From: Octopus sinensis
Taxonomy: Eukaryota
Direction: 5' to 3'
DNA: 64,000 bases
NCBI RefSeq assembly: GCF_006345805.1
Contig: NC_043009.1
Coordinates: 23,002,001 to 23,066,000, forward strand
The notes under the pieces: model-generated
Told to the model about the DNA's origin: nothing
The model's database searches: none
The model's input: only the letters and a program-made list of their open reading frames with translations
In this document: positions 49,090-61,107 of the stretch, in pieces
Numbering within the stretch: the stretch's first letter is position 1
Layout: each line of letters opens with the position of its first letter
Made by a program: the position numbers and the translations under genes

Positions 49090-50430
49090 TGATGGGAAGA
49101 GAGGAAAGAACGCCGTTTCACGAAGTTATAAATAGAAAGTGAGGGGAAGGGCGTGAGTGAGTGAGGAAGACGGATACATTAAGGAACGGGAGTGGACTTG
49201 TCAAAGTGGGTTTTTGGCCCCTAGCAACGACACCTTTCAAGATAGGGATTTCTAAGGTAGCCCACGAGCATCGTCACCTCATTTTACATGTCCCTGTAAA
49301 TTTTGGAGTGAATCGGACGGGATGTAGTGGCATTGAAAGCGATCCAAGCGGTAAAAACGCATTTCAGTTTTATATATAGACTAGCTGAAGGTGACCCGCT
49401 CTACGCGCGGGTAAGAGTGTGGGTGTTACTTTCTGTTGCTTCCTTTCAGCACGTAAAAAGCACCATCCGAACGTGGCCGATTGCAGCACTGCCTTGACTT
49501 GCTTCTGTGCCGGTGGCACGTAAAAAGCACCAACCGATCGTTGCCACTGCGAGCCCCCCTGGCACCAGTGCCGGCGGCACGAAAAGAGCACTCACTACAC
49601 TCACGGAGTGGTTGGCGTTAGGAAGGTCATCCACCTGTAGAAACACTGCCAGATCAGACTGGAGCCTGGTGCAGCCTCCTGGCTTCCGAGACCCCGGTCA
49701 CACTGCCCAACCCGTGCTAGCACGGAAAACGGACGTTAAACGATGATGATGATGATGATTCTCCGTATTTGTTTCTCTCTCCGTTCTCTCTCACTTTCCC
49801 ACTCTCTTACTTTTCTTTTCTCTCGGACTCTCCCTCGCTTTCTCTTACTCTCTATCTTTATCTATCTCTCTCCCATTTATAAACAACAGAAGATCTTGAG
49901 TTTGTTGAGAAATAAAATATTTAGAAAGATCAATCAGAAATATGAGGCAGTGGCAATGGAAAGGTCTGCTTCAAGGCAGACAGCAAAACGCTAACATTTA
50001 AAAGGGACAGACGAACTTGCGAGCTGAATAAAAATAATAAAATATTGGAAACCAAAGTTTGAAGGGATAGAATCTGAGGATAGTAGAGTCACCATGGCTG
50101 GCGGACAGCAACGTAGTGACAGTTTAACGGCTGGCGTAAAATTTTGAACTTGATGTAAAAGAAAATTCGTAAACACCAAGTTTTGAAGTGATTCTTTCTC
50201 ACGACAGTAGACTCACCATGGCAAGCATTCAAAACTTCTTTATCATGGACGGCAACACATTGACGATTAAAAGGCTGGCGCAAATTTTTTAGCTTGATGT
50301 AACAGAGAATTCCTAAACACCCGCTCCTTGAAATTTTAATCCCCTTCCAGCCCCATTTAGACCCCTTTTCACATTTTAGTTAATATAACCCGATTTCATT
50401 CGGGTCTACTGGGGCCACATTTTATAAGAT
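49090..50430 (-). mobile_element. Two abutting minus-strand Helitron segments with a nested RTE-derived element
   Basis: ACCCGC-gcgtaga-GCGGGT hairpin plus CTAG end at 49384-49381, immediately followed by TCTATATATA at 49380. Outer limits are uncertain. Confidence 0.6.
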
Positions 50431-50565
50431 GAGGAATTTTGTCCTAGAGGTGACGCCTTTCATTTGAGGAACAAAATAGTTGTCATGCAAACTTGTCAGC
50501 ACTTTTAACATAGGTGTGCATATTTTCAGCTGAATCGACCGACTACGTAATGCACACATTATATA

Positions 50566-50656
<91 letters not shown>

Positions 50657-50802
50657 ATGCACGCATTATATATACAAATGTATACAAATGAGATATATAT
50701 CTGTATAAATTAAATTAGAGATAAAACCACTAATAGGCAAATCAAAGAGTGAAAAACCAAAAACAAAAACATAAAAAAAGAAAATATAACATAGAAAATA
50801 TA

Positions 50803-52007
50803 TCTATATATATAAAACTGTAGTTGTGTGAGTGTCTGTCCCCTTCGATTTAGATTCCTAACTACTCCCACATTTTGCGGTGCAGTTTAACCAAATTCGG
50901 GTATCTTATAGTCGTGATTCATATCGAGCCCGTCTGGGTATTAGCGCGCGTCTACGATGAGTCAACGATTTTAAAAATAATTTAACATAATTTTTTATTC
51001 CATTTTAATGCATATTTTTTCGTGTGTCGATGACGGCGGAGTTGGCGACCACGCTCACGCCTGCACCTGTTTGCTTCTCCCCCTTCTTCCCTCCCTCGTG
51101 AAGCTGTGGGGAAGGGAGTGTAAGGAAATCAACGTCGTAATGCGTTGTGAAGGAGACCAGCGTTCTTTTAGAACAACGACTTGATGGCTTGAAGGGGCCA
51201 AAACCGAAATCGCTAAAAAAGCTGAAACAGATCCACAAAAACGGCAAAAACCGCCACACAGGGCAGGTTTCCTGTGCAAACAATTTGCACAACCGAATGT
51301 TTTAGTTGTTGCACAAATCTTTATATATAAAAGTAAGGTTGTGTGTCTGTCTCCTACGATTTAGATTCCTAACTACTCCCACATTTTGCGGTGCAGTGTA
51401 ACCAAAACCGGGTATCTTATAGTCGTGATTAATATCGAGCCCTTCTATGCATTAGCGCGCGTCTACGATGAGTCTACGATTTAAAAAAAATTTAACATCA
51501 TTTTTTATTCCATTTTAATGCATTTTTCGCTATTATATAAGGGAAGTAACTCTCTAAAAATGTCTACGATGAGTCAACGATAAAAAAAAAATTACCATCA
51601 TTTTTTATTCCATTTTAATGCATTTTTCGCTATTATATAAGGGAAGTAACTCTCTAAAAATGTCTACGATGAATCAACGATTTTAAAAAAAAATTTAACA
51701 TCATTTTTTATTCCATTTTAATGCATTTTTCGCTATTATATAAGGGAAGTAACTCTCTAAAAATGTCTACGATGAGTCAACGATAAAAAAAAAATTACCA
51801 TCATTTTTTATTCCATTTTAATGCATTTTTCGCTATTATATAAGGGAAGTAACTCTCTAAAAATGTCTACGATGAATCAACGATTTAAAAAAAAAATTAC
51901 TATCATTTTTTATTCTATTTTTAAAGCATTTTTTGCTATAACTCACTAAAAATGCTTATATAGTTATTTCCCTTACAAATCCGAGCAACGCCGGGCGATA
52001 CTGCTAG
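50803..52007 (+). mobile_element. Composite non-autonomous Helitron with a ~100-bp tandem array
   Basis: Same 5' and 3' ends as the 43195 copy, a second TC-type 5' end at 51318, and about 4.5 repeats at 51461-51915. Confidence 0.85.
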
Positions 52008-52339
52008 TAAAATATAAAATTGAAAACTTTAAATTATTTAAATTGAAAATAAAAATTATTAAATTATATTTATAATTTGTTTAAAAATATATATAATTAT
52101 GAAAAAGTATGAAAAAGTTTAATATACATAAATACAGATATATTCACTTTGTATATATACATTATATATACATATTTCGCAATCCAAAGTTTAAATTGTA
52201 CTAGATGCAGAAAAGATAGAAAGAAAAGAAAACAGAAAAACAGAGAGAAAAACACAAGGGAGATAACCAACGTAATAACAAACATTATGCATATCAAAAT
52301 TACATTAACTACACTGGAATAGTTAATGATATGTCCGGT

Positions 52340-52780
52340 AGTCTATCTTTAATTTCTCCTAAGATGTATCTTCTAAAATGGCGGCATAAAGAAAGAATCT
52401 CGTTCTTCGAATTTTCAGTCACTGGAGGCTTGTAAGGTTTGTAAAAGGTACAGTTTTTCGAGGGAACATATCGAACATCTGTTTGAAATTTTCATATAGG
52501 GTTTAGTCTTGGATGTTGTAGTTGATATTTTCATCCTTAAGTTTCAAACTTAATGTAGAGAGAGTTGTTGTACGTCTCTTCTTGCGGTGGCTAGAGGTCG
52601 AAAGATTGTTGTATCTGGATTAAAATTTTCCTTCTGCTGACCCAATATAACACTTGGTCTCCGTTGGGCAGTTACCAGAGTTTGCTGATATATTGTATGC
52701 CTGCCTTAGATGACATCCAGAACAGGTTTATTACTCTCAACCTCTTCAACAGTCTTGTTGTAAGAATAGGTTCCGTAAAA
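52340..52780 (-). mobile_element. Penelope-like element GIY-YIG endonuclease relic
   Basis: TIYQ...KCYIGSAEGKF*SRYNN...TTLS...LKDENINYNI...KPY...RCSICSLEK...NEILSLCRH matches the PLE GIY-YIG C-terminus; stops and frameshifts present. Confidence 0.75.
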
Positions 52781-53021
52781 TTTTGAGGTTCACCCCGCCC
52801 TTTCCCCTAAATGTCAGGACAAATATAGGTAGAAGATTCTTACACTTATTAGATACTTTCCCTAACAACAATAAATACAGAAAGGTGTTCAATAGGCACA
52901 CGATTAAAATCCCTTTTTCTTCCCCCTCCCCTTGAATTTAAAGGCCTATAGCAATAAACAACTGATGACTCAAACTTGGGGAATGTTTTTATCTAGGTCA
53001 CTTACACACCATGGGAACCTT

Positions 53022-53423
53022 TATTTCTTTATTGCCCACAAGGGGCTAAACGTAGAGGGGACAAACAAGGACAGACAAAGGGATTAAGTCGATTACATCG
53101 ACGCCAGTGCGTAACTGGTACTTAATTTATCGACTCCGAAAGAATGAAAGGCAATGTCGACCTCGGCGGAATTTGAACTCAGAACGTAACGGCAGACGAA
53201 ATACCTATTTCTTTACTACCCACAAGGGGCTAAACACAGAGAGAACAAACAAGGACAGACAAACGGATTAAGTCGATTATATCGACTCCAGTGCGTAATT
53301 GGTACTTATTTAATCGACCCCGAAAGGATGAAAGGCAAAGTCGACCTCGGCGGAATTTGAACTCAGAACGTAGCGGCAGACGAAATACCGCTAAGCATTT
53401 CTCCCAGCGTGCCAGCTCGCCTT
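53022..53423 (-). mobile_element. Dimeric SINE family B insertion with a 16-bp TSD
   Basis: Two tandem bodies flanked by ACACCATGGGAACCTT at 53006-53021 and 53424-53439. Confidence 0.85.
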
Positions 53424-54254
53424 ACACCATGGGAACCTTGTAAGCGGCCCAACCAGTCCTAGGACACGAGAGAATAATGTCTTGAGGTTGATGATGATAT
53501 ATCGATCTCAGGTGGGAGAAAGGTAAGGTCGATCGACCTTGGTGGGATTGAACTCAGAACGCAAAACGATGCAACTATATACCTATATACATTTTAAACG
53601 TCGTTCTGGGCGCAAAACTATACATTTTGGAGAAGAGTGGTCTTTTGAATCTCGATTTACTGAATGTTTTCTAATTTATTGAACCAAGGCGGATGAAAAA
53701 CAAAAACAAACCTCGGTGGGAATCAAACTTAAAACGTTAAACGTAAACAAAAGAAAGCGTAACAGGATAACTGCAATACAATATTTTGTTCAGCGCCTTT
53801 CAGATTCTGCCATCCGTCACCGTGAAACGTTTGAATAATATAACAAGTGAAGCTTTGAAGTACGTTTATGAAATAATAGGCGTTTCATGAATACTGTCTC
53901 TTTTTCTTTTCCACTTTCTGTTTTCATTCTATAATTATGATATCATAAACGATGTTGCTGTCGACCACCTGGTGAGTAAATATTCTTGGTACTTAAGACT
54001 TCAAAAATATCACTGACAGCTTAAGTTTGTCCCCCCCCTACAATAATCATGTTAATAATGTAATAACAATACGTGTGATATCATATTCGAGATGTAAAAT
54101 CTTAGTTTACCCCCCCCCCCCGCCACCAAAGCAAATGGTGAGGTGAACGCTGTAGATTCCGTGGTAGGAAACCAACGAGCTGTGGTAGACACACAGGTTC
54201 GATTCACGATCGTGCAATTATTTTTATTCATTTCAATTATCACTAAACCTTGCG

Positions 54255-54322
<68 letters not shown>

Positions 54323-54345
54323 CATTATTATTATTATTATTATTG

Positions 54346-55119
54346 AGTGAAAGAGCAATGCATGCCATCAAAGTGACACTGGGGTACAAATATACGAAGC
54401 CCATGCATCACAACCATATGTGTGCGACATGGTGATCTCATATCAAGATAAACAGCACATGACCTTGCAGGTGGGGGCCCAGTTAGAATTTTTTTTAGGT
54501 CGAATACCCCATTTTGCTCAAAAGGCCCCTGAACACATGGCTATGATGCTCCCCTACTATTTCCGATCCTGATCAGAGATGCACATATCGTCAGCCTTCT
54601 TAGTTCCTATCCACCTGAGAATCTGGTCCGAACTCAGCGAGCACTTTTACCGAGTCCTCAATTCAGCGACAGAAATCGCCCTTGATCAACATAGATTTCC
54701 TTCTCCAACTGCCTAGTCGCAAACCCACTGATATGTGTGCTCATGTACATACCAGGTATTCTCAGAGTAAAGTATCGATCATTTCTATATTCAAAATGTC
54801 TGACACCATGTTTTGGGCCCTTGTGGCAAATGCACATAAAAACCACCACCACCACCACCACCACCACCACCACCACCACCACCACTACCACCATCATCAT
54901 CATTATCATCATCATTAAGGTGGTAAGCTGGCAGAATCATTAGCACGTCATACAAAATGCTTAGCGGCATTTCGCTCGTCTTTAGGCTTGAGTTCAAATT
55001 CTGCCGGGGTCGATTTTATCTTTCACCCTTTTGGGGTCAATAAAATAAGTAGCAGTTGAAAACTGGACTCAATGTAATCGACTTACTCCTCACCACCAAA
55101 TTACTGGATTTATGCTAAA

Positions 55120-55152
<33 letters not shown>

Positions 55153-55676
55153 GAGTGAGAGAGCAGTGCATGCCATCAAAGTGATACTGGGGTAAAATAC
55201 ATGAAGCCCAGCATACCCATCATGACTACCCTGGGTACACCAGGCACATGCATCACAACCATATGCGCGCGACATGGTGATCTCATATGAAGATAAACAG
55301 TGCATGACCTTGCAGGTGGGGCCCAGTTAGAATTTTCTTCTGGTCGAGTAGCCCATCCCGCTCAAAAGGTCCTTGAATAAGGGTTGTTTAAGGATGTTGA
55401 AAGAACCACCCATGTTTCCAGAGGTGAATTATTCAAACCCTAACGAATCCCTCTCAACACATGACTATGATGCTCCCCCACTACTTCTGCTCGTGGTTAG
55501 AGATGCACATATCGTCAGCCACGAAGGGACATGGTCAACTGGTTAAGGTCAAACAACTGACAAGCAAATCTGTGGTATTGAGCAGAATATTTGCTGTAGC
55601 TCATCTTTTATACCAAGGCAAAACAATGTACATGATAACACCACGAGAGCCACTGCCTGGTACTACATCAGGGCAC
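54346..55676 (-). mobile_element. Two 3' fragments of an (AAT)n-tailed retroelement (54346-54660 and 55153-55676), possibly R4/Dong type
   Basis: Homologous copies each abutting an (ATT)n array; the second is flanked by (ATT)n on both sides. Confidence 0.6.
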
Positions 55677-55685
55677 TTATTATTA

Positions 55686-55736
<51 letters not shown>

Positions 55737-56008
55737 TATTATTATTATTAGCTATGATAAATTATCATTGTTGTCACCGACAAGAATGCACTCTTTGTTG
55801 GAACGAAAAAAATTAGGTAATATGAGTAATATATAAAAATATATTTTCGTTACAATGAAAGACTTCATTATGACTGATAAATAACTAGTGGCGTAGGTGT
55901 ATTTGCATCTATATGCTTGTGTCTATGGCTATGCATTCATATGCTTGCTTATATCTGTTTTAGTCGCTATGTTAATAATTCGAAATATATATTTACAGCG
56001 AAAATATG

Positions 56009-56234
56009 CAGTAATCCCTCGACTATCGCGGGTGTTACGTTCCATAACTCCCCGCGATATGTGAAAATCCGCGAAGTAGAAACAGTGCTGTACTGTCTAT
56101 TTTTTAAAATATTATTTTTATAATTTGTATATATTTATTTTATTATAAATGCAAAACAGCACCTCGGAGAAATCGACGTGATCTTTATATAATAAACCGC
56201 GATAGGTGAACCGCGGTGTGGCGAGGGATTACTG
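56009..56234 (+). mobile_element. pogo/Tigger-like MITE
   Basis: TIRs CAGTAATCCCTCG...CGAGGGATTACTG followed by TA. Confidence 0.75.
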
Positions 56235-56410
56235 TATAAATATGTAAAATATGCTTATAGATTCTTGCGTACATAGTTTGTATGGCATGGTTGCAGGTTA
56301 AGAAGTTCGATTTGTAACGATATGATTGTAGGTTCGATTCAATTTCATAGTACTTCGGGCATCTTTGAGGATGGAAGCTATTTGATTGTGACCGAACAGG
56401 AATCCTTCGC

Positions 56411-56446
<36 letters not shown>

Positions 56447-56510
56447 GTATGTATGTATGTATGTATGTATGTATGTATGTATGTATGTATGTATGTATGT
56501 GTGCGCATGT

Positions 56511-56549
<39 letters not shown>

Positions 56550-56728
56550 ACAAGTCGATTGTTTGTATTTCTACGTGATATTTCAATATTTCGAGCTTAG
56601 AACCTCTTGTTCAGGAAACCTTCGGAGAAATGGTACTCTGAGTTTCTCTGTTCTGTCGTGTGTATATATGAAAGGTTGCTTCATATACCCCCCTCCAAAA
56701 AAAAAACAATTATACGCACACCCATATA

Positions 56729-56796
<68 letters not shown>

Positions 56797-57439
56797 GGAC
56801 AGACAGACGCAAGTCAAATGGGCTCCAAGTAAGTTGGTCATTTTATACGTCCAAAAGTATTTATTGTTAATTATTTTGTATTTAAAAGTTGTGCAACAAC
56901 ATCCGCTGCAAACTTTGACTAATATCCACACAAAATTTCGCCCTTTGTGGGCAAAATTTTAAAAATTCTCGTAGGCCTCGTGTTGTATTTTAGCCATTTT
57001 TATTTTCAAAAATGGCTATTGGTCACCACGAGGCTGAGGCGCAACTGAAGCATGACGCCAAAACAATAAAACAGGGTGCCCTGTCACCATGCGCTGAACT
57101 TGACTGTGTAAACACTACTTACACCGCCACCACCACCACCATCAGCATCGACAACAGCAACAAATACAAAACAAAGGTCGCAAGGCCAAGTACCGACATC
57201 GCCACCAGTGATTCCACCACCATGGCAGCATCTGCTACGACAACTGCTATCGACACCGCTACCAATAACAATACCAACATCACCATCACCGCCACCGTCA
57301 ATGCCTCCCTTGCTACCACCGCCGTCACTAAGAACGACAATAACAACAACAGCAACAATTCCCTTCAGCCACTGCTCACTCCATCACCAACAAGTGAAGG
57401 TGAGGAAAAAATAACAACGACAATCAAACGAGCTGCGGA

Positions 57440-58605
57440 GGATCTTTTCAAATTTGTGGCCAGGACCCCAGATCTTTCTAGTTAACTAAATAATTTGAAA
57501 CTTTGTGTACTCATAGAGTGGAACTAGTTTATTCGCCAGTTGGAACTAGTTTATTTGAGAAAAATCTATTTTATGACTTTAATCGTAGATTAAAACTGCG
57601 AATTTTAACCAATGAGATTGCTTGTTTTCATATCTAAAACGTTACTGCGATCTGTTAGTGTGACGTTGAAAGCAGTTTTGTGACGTCTGCTATTTCTAAA
57701 AAGCTTTGTGTGTGGTAAAGTAATTTTTTTACTTTACCATATTTTTATAAATTATATCGGAGAATCCATATTTTTATAACATATATCGGAGAATCCATGT
57801 GATTTTTCGTTGTTTTTCTCTTATACGTATGTGAATTATTTCTGAGTATGCATTGTCTGGGAGACTTTTTCTTGCAGTTGAGACATTTTTGGCTGCTATT
57901 TCTAAAAAGCTCGGTGTGTGGTTAAGTAATTTTTTTACTTTACCATATTTTTATAAATTAATATATATATATATATATAATTTTTTACTCGGTGTATGTG
58001 TATATGTATGTCTGCATGTGTGTGTGTATGTATGTGTGTGTGTGTGTGTAAGTATGTGTAAAAAATTACATTGAATCGGCCATACATACATACATACATA
58101 CACATACACAGATACATACACACATACATTCAGGCATATACACATACACCGAGTAAAAAATTTCAGTTATCTCTCTCTTTCACACATTACTCTCTCTGTC
58201 TCTTCACACACACTAACAGAAGCACTTCACTTACACAACATACTGTCTCCCACACCCCATCAAACACACACACACACACATGTACATCAATGCTTCCCCT
58301 AGACGGTAACTTCAAAGACAAACTTTTGTTATTAGAAGGTGGCTGACTATAGCTTGTTTACATTGTTTAATACGTCACGAAATTGGTGGTCGAGACGGAG
58401 TAAATAAAATAAAGCCGAATGACGGAATATCATTGGTTAAAATTCTAATTATTAAACAACGTTAAACTTAGAAGTTACAATTCCGTTTTCATTCTGGTTT
58501 ACAATTAAGTTTACTTTTGACACATTCTACCAGTATACGAAGTTTCAAATTGTTTGGTTCAGTAGGAAAAATTTGAAAAAACTGGCTTCAGAATAGAAAA
58601 GATCC
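57440..58605 (+). mobile_element. Merlin-like non-autonomous element A
   Basis: GGATCTTTTC...GAAAAGATCC with TSD GCTGCGGA (57432-57439 and 58606-58613). Confidence 0.88.
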
Positions 58606-58896
58606 GCTGCGGAAATTTGCGCTAATGCAGTACCAAATTACGCAGACAATTTTCCACCCCTTGCTAGTTGCATAATCAGCAACCACAAACCTAATACACC
58701 CACAACCCACACCCCTGCCATCAACACCAACACCACCGGCAGTAACAACAATAACAAAACAACAACAAACTTCGCCGAGGCGATAAAAGAAAAAAATGAC
58801 AAAAGTATCTTTTACTGTACAGCAAATAAAAGACTGCAGAGCCCTAATCACGGAAGAAAACGGCAAAATACACTTACACATACCACAACACATACT

Positions 58897-59780
58897 GGAT
58901 CTTTTCAATTCTGAAGCCAGTTTTTTCAAATTTTTCCTACTGAACCAAACAATTTGAAACTTCGTATACTGGTAGAATGTGTCAAAAGTAAACTTAATTG
59001 TAAACCAGAATGAAAACGGAATTGTAACTTCTAAGTTTAACGTTGTTTAATAATTAGAATTTTAACCAATGATATTCCGTCATTCGGCTTTATTTTATTT
59101 ACTCCGTCTCGACCACCAATTTGGTGACGTATTAAACATCTTAAATGTAAACAAGCCGCATGTCTCCGTGAAATCTCCTTCTAATTATTTAACGTACTCA
59201 TGTTTCCAGGATCCTATAGTCAGCCACCTTCTAATAACAATATTTAAAACTAGTTAATAAGCCACATGTATTAAATTGAAAATGTTTCCATTCTGTTAGT
59301 ACTTGCTTTCGTTTGCTATTAAGAAGTGGCATCTCAGTGACGAGGCTTCTAACAAGATTTCGTTTCTAAGCTAATGCGTTTCATTTCACTTATTGTATTT
59401 ATTTGTGCAAAAGGCAAGAAATTTAATATTAAAAAAGCAAAGAGCTGGCAGAAACGTTAGCACGCCGGGCGAAATGCGTAGCCGTATTTCGTCTGCCGTT
59501 ACGTTCTGTGTTTGTTTACAGTTTTCCGAACGTTAGTACGTCACAAAAGCGCTTTCTACGTCACACTAATAGAATGCAGTCAAGTTTTACACATGAAAAC
59601 AAACAATCTGATTGGTTAGAATTCGCAGTTTTAATCTACGATTAAAGTCATAAAATAGATTTTTCTCAAATAAACTAGTTCCAACCTGTGTCTTGTTTTG
59701 CTAGACTCTATCAGCATACGAAGTTTCAGAATATTTAGTTAAGTAGAAAGATCTGTGGTCCTGGCTTCAGAATTGAAAAG
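58897..59780 (-). mobile_element. Merlin-like element B, inverted relative to A, lacking its last 4 bp
   Basis: Starts GGATCTTTTC and ends GAATTGAAAAG (ATCC and TSD missing). Both ends are reverse complements of A's ends. Confidence 0.8.
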
Positions 59781-61107
59781 TGCCTACGCCCCATCTGGGG
59801 ATACAAGGATTATGTGACTTGGGCGAACAAGTTCGCCCACGTACAGGTGGTATTTCAGAATGAAGAGTTGGCAAAGCAATTCTCAACGCAAACCCTTCAT
59901 TCCGATGTACTAACGATGACACCCAGTTACCTCGGCCAGAAGGTGACGAAGGTCATTATCAATAATGTCCCCCAAGTAACAACCACACTATGGATAACAT
60001 TCGCCATAACATCCGAAATGGAGGACTTAAACATCCTGGATATCGCTGTTTAGAAACACAAGGACTGGCTGGGAAAGAGAATGGAGTTTCTCTTCCACAT
60101 AAGCCAAGACGACATTAACAAAATTCCCACCCACGTACATCTTGCGGATGACCGCAAGTTGTACGTAGTAGTCGAGGGCAGAAGGCCACGCTGCTATACA
60201 TGTGGCAGTGAGGCACACCTCAAAAAGGAGTGCAAATCTGCCGCTAAATCACAACAACAACAACAGCCACAGGAAAAACCACAAAAGCCAGCATTATTGC
60301 CCACACCACAATATGGACGGCTAATCAAGAAGCTGTATGCAGAAATGCATGAAAAACAACAAAGAACAGGCCAACCCAACCAAACAATACCAACACCAGC
60401 GCCAAGAACAGAATCATCACCACCAACAACAACTAAACCAATTCCAACACCGAGAATAACAACGAAGAAGACAAGCACCAAGGATGTAGGAGAGACAATC
60501 ACCCCCCCCCCCCAGCAACACCCTCCCCGCGCACCACAACAATATCTACAACCGCACAAACAGACCCAGACGCTTTACCCTTACCCCCTGCTGATTCGTC
60601 AGACTTTTCATCTAACGATGAAAGTTCGACAGAATGGCAAATAGCCACCGGGGGTAAAAGAAAAAGATCAAAAAAGACCAAACAAGAAAACGCAACCAAA
60701 GCAGGGAGATACCTGAACCCTGAAAACCCCATACATAACCAAACAAGCACCAACACCACAAAACCACACACAATGCTATCAGCGATAGACACAAAAGACT
60801 CCAAACTAATGGAGTACATCACAGCCCACACAAACATCTGTGAAGATGACTTCAAAACTAACAATCATCCACGCACTACACCACCCAAACACATCCAAAT
60901 ACTACACATCACACAAACAGAACACCACAAACTCAAAGCCCTCTTTCCAAATGCTGTGGGGGGTTTCCAAAAATATCTCTCTCAAAAACTCTACAAAAAC
61001 CTCCTCCAAGACACATCAAAGAACGAGGAAGCCAAAGCTTTCGACACAAGTAAGTAACTCTCTGTACTTTCCTTTTTGTGTTTTAAAGCACACACCCCAA
61101 TAGAATC

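Larger units (their letters stand above)
57012..61057 (+). pseudogene. Tx1/L1-clade LINE ORF1, interrupted by the two Merlin elements
   Basis: CYTCGSEAHLKKEC zinc knuckle at 60192-60233. Removing element A and one TSD restores a stop-free 237-codon frame (57012-58896). One in-frame TAG (60051) and a later frameshift. Confidence 0.7.

Noticed and set aside
51461-51915. Regular repeat arrays (also 39912-40155 and the RTE UTR units) as CRISPR
   Set aside because: No unique spacers, no cas genes, eukaryotic TE context.
54143-56832. Poly-Y/L/H/T and YVCM ORFs
   Set aside because: Translations of microsatellites.
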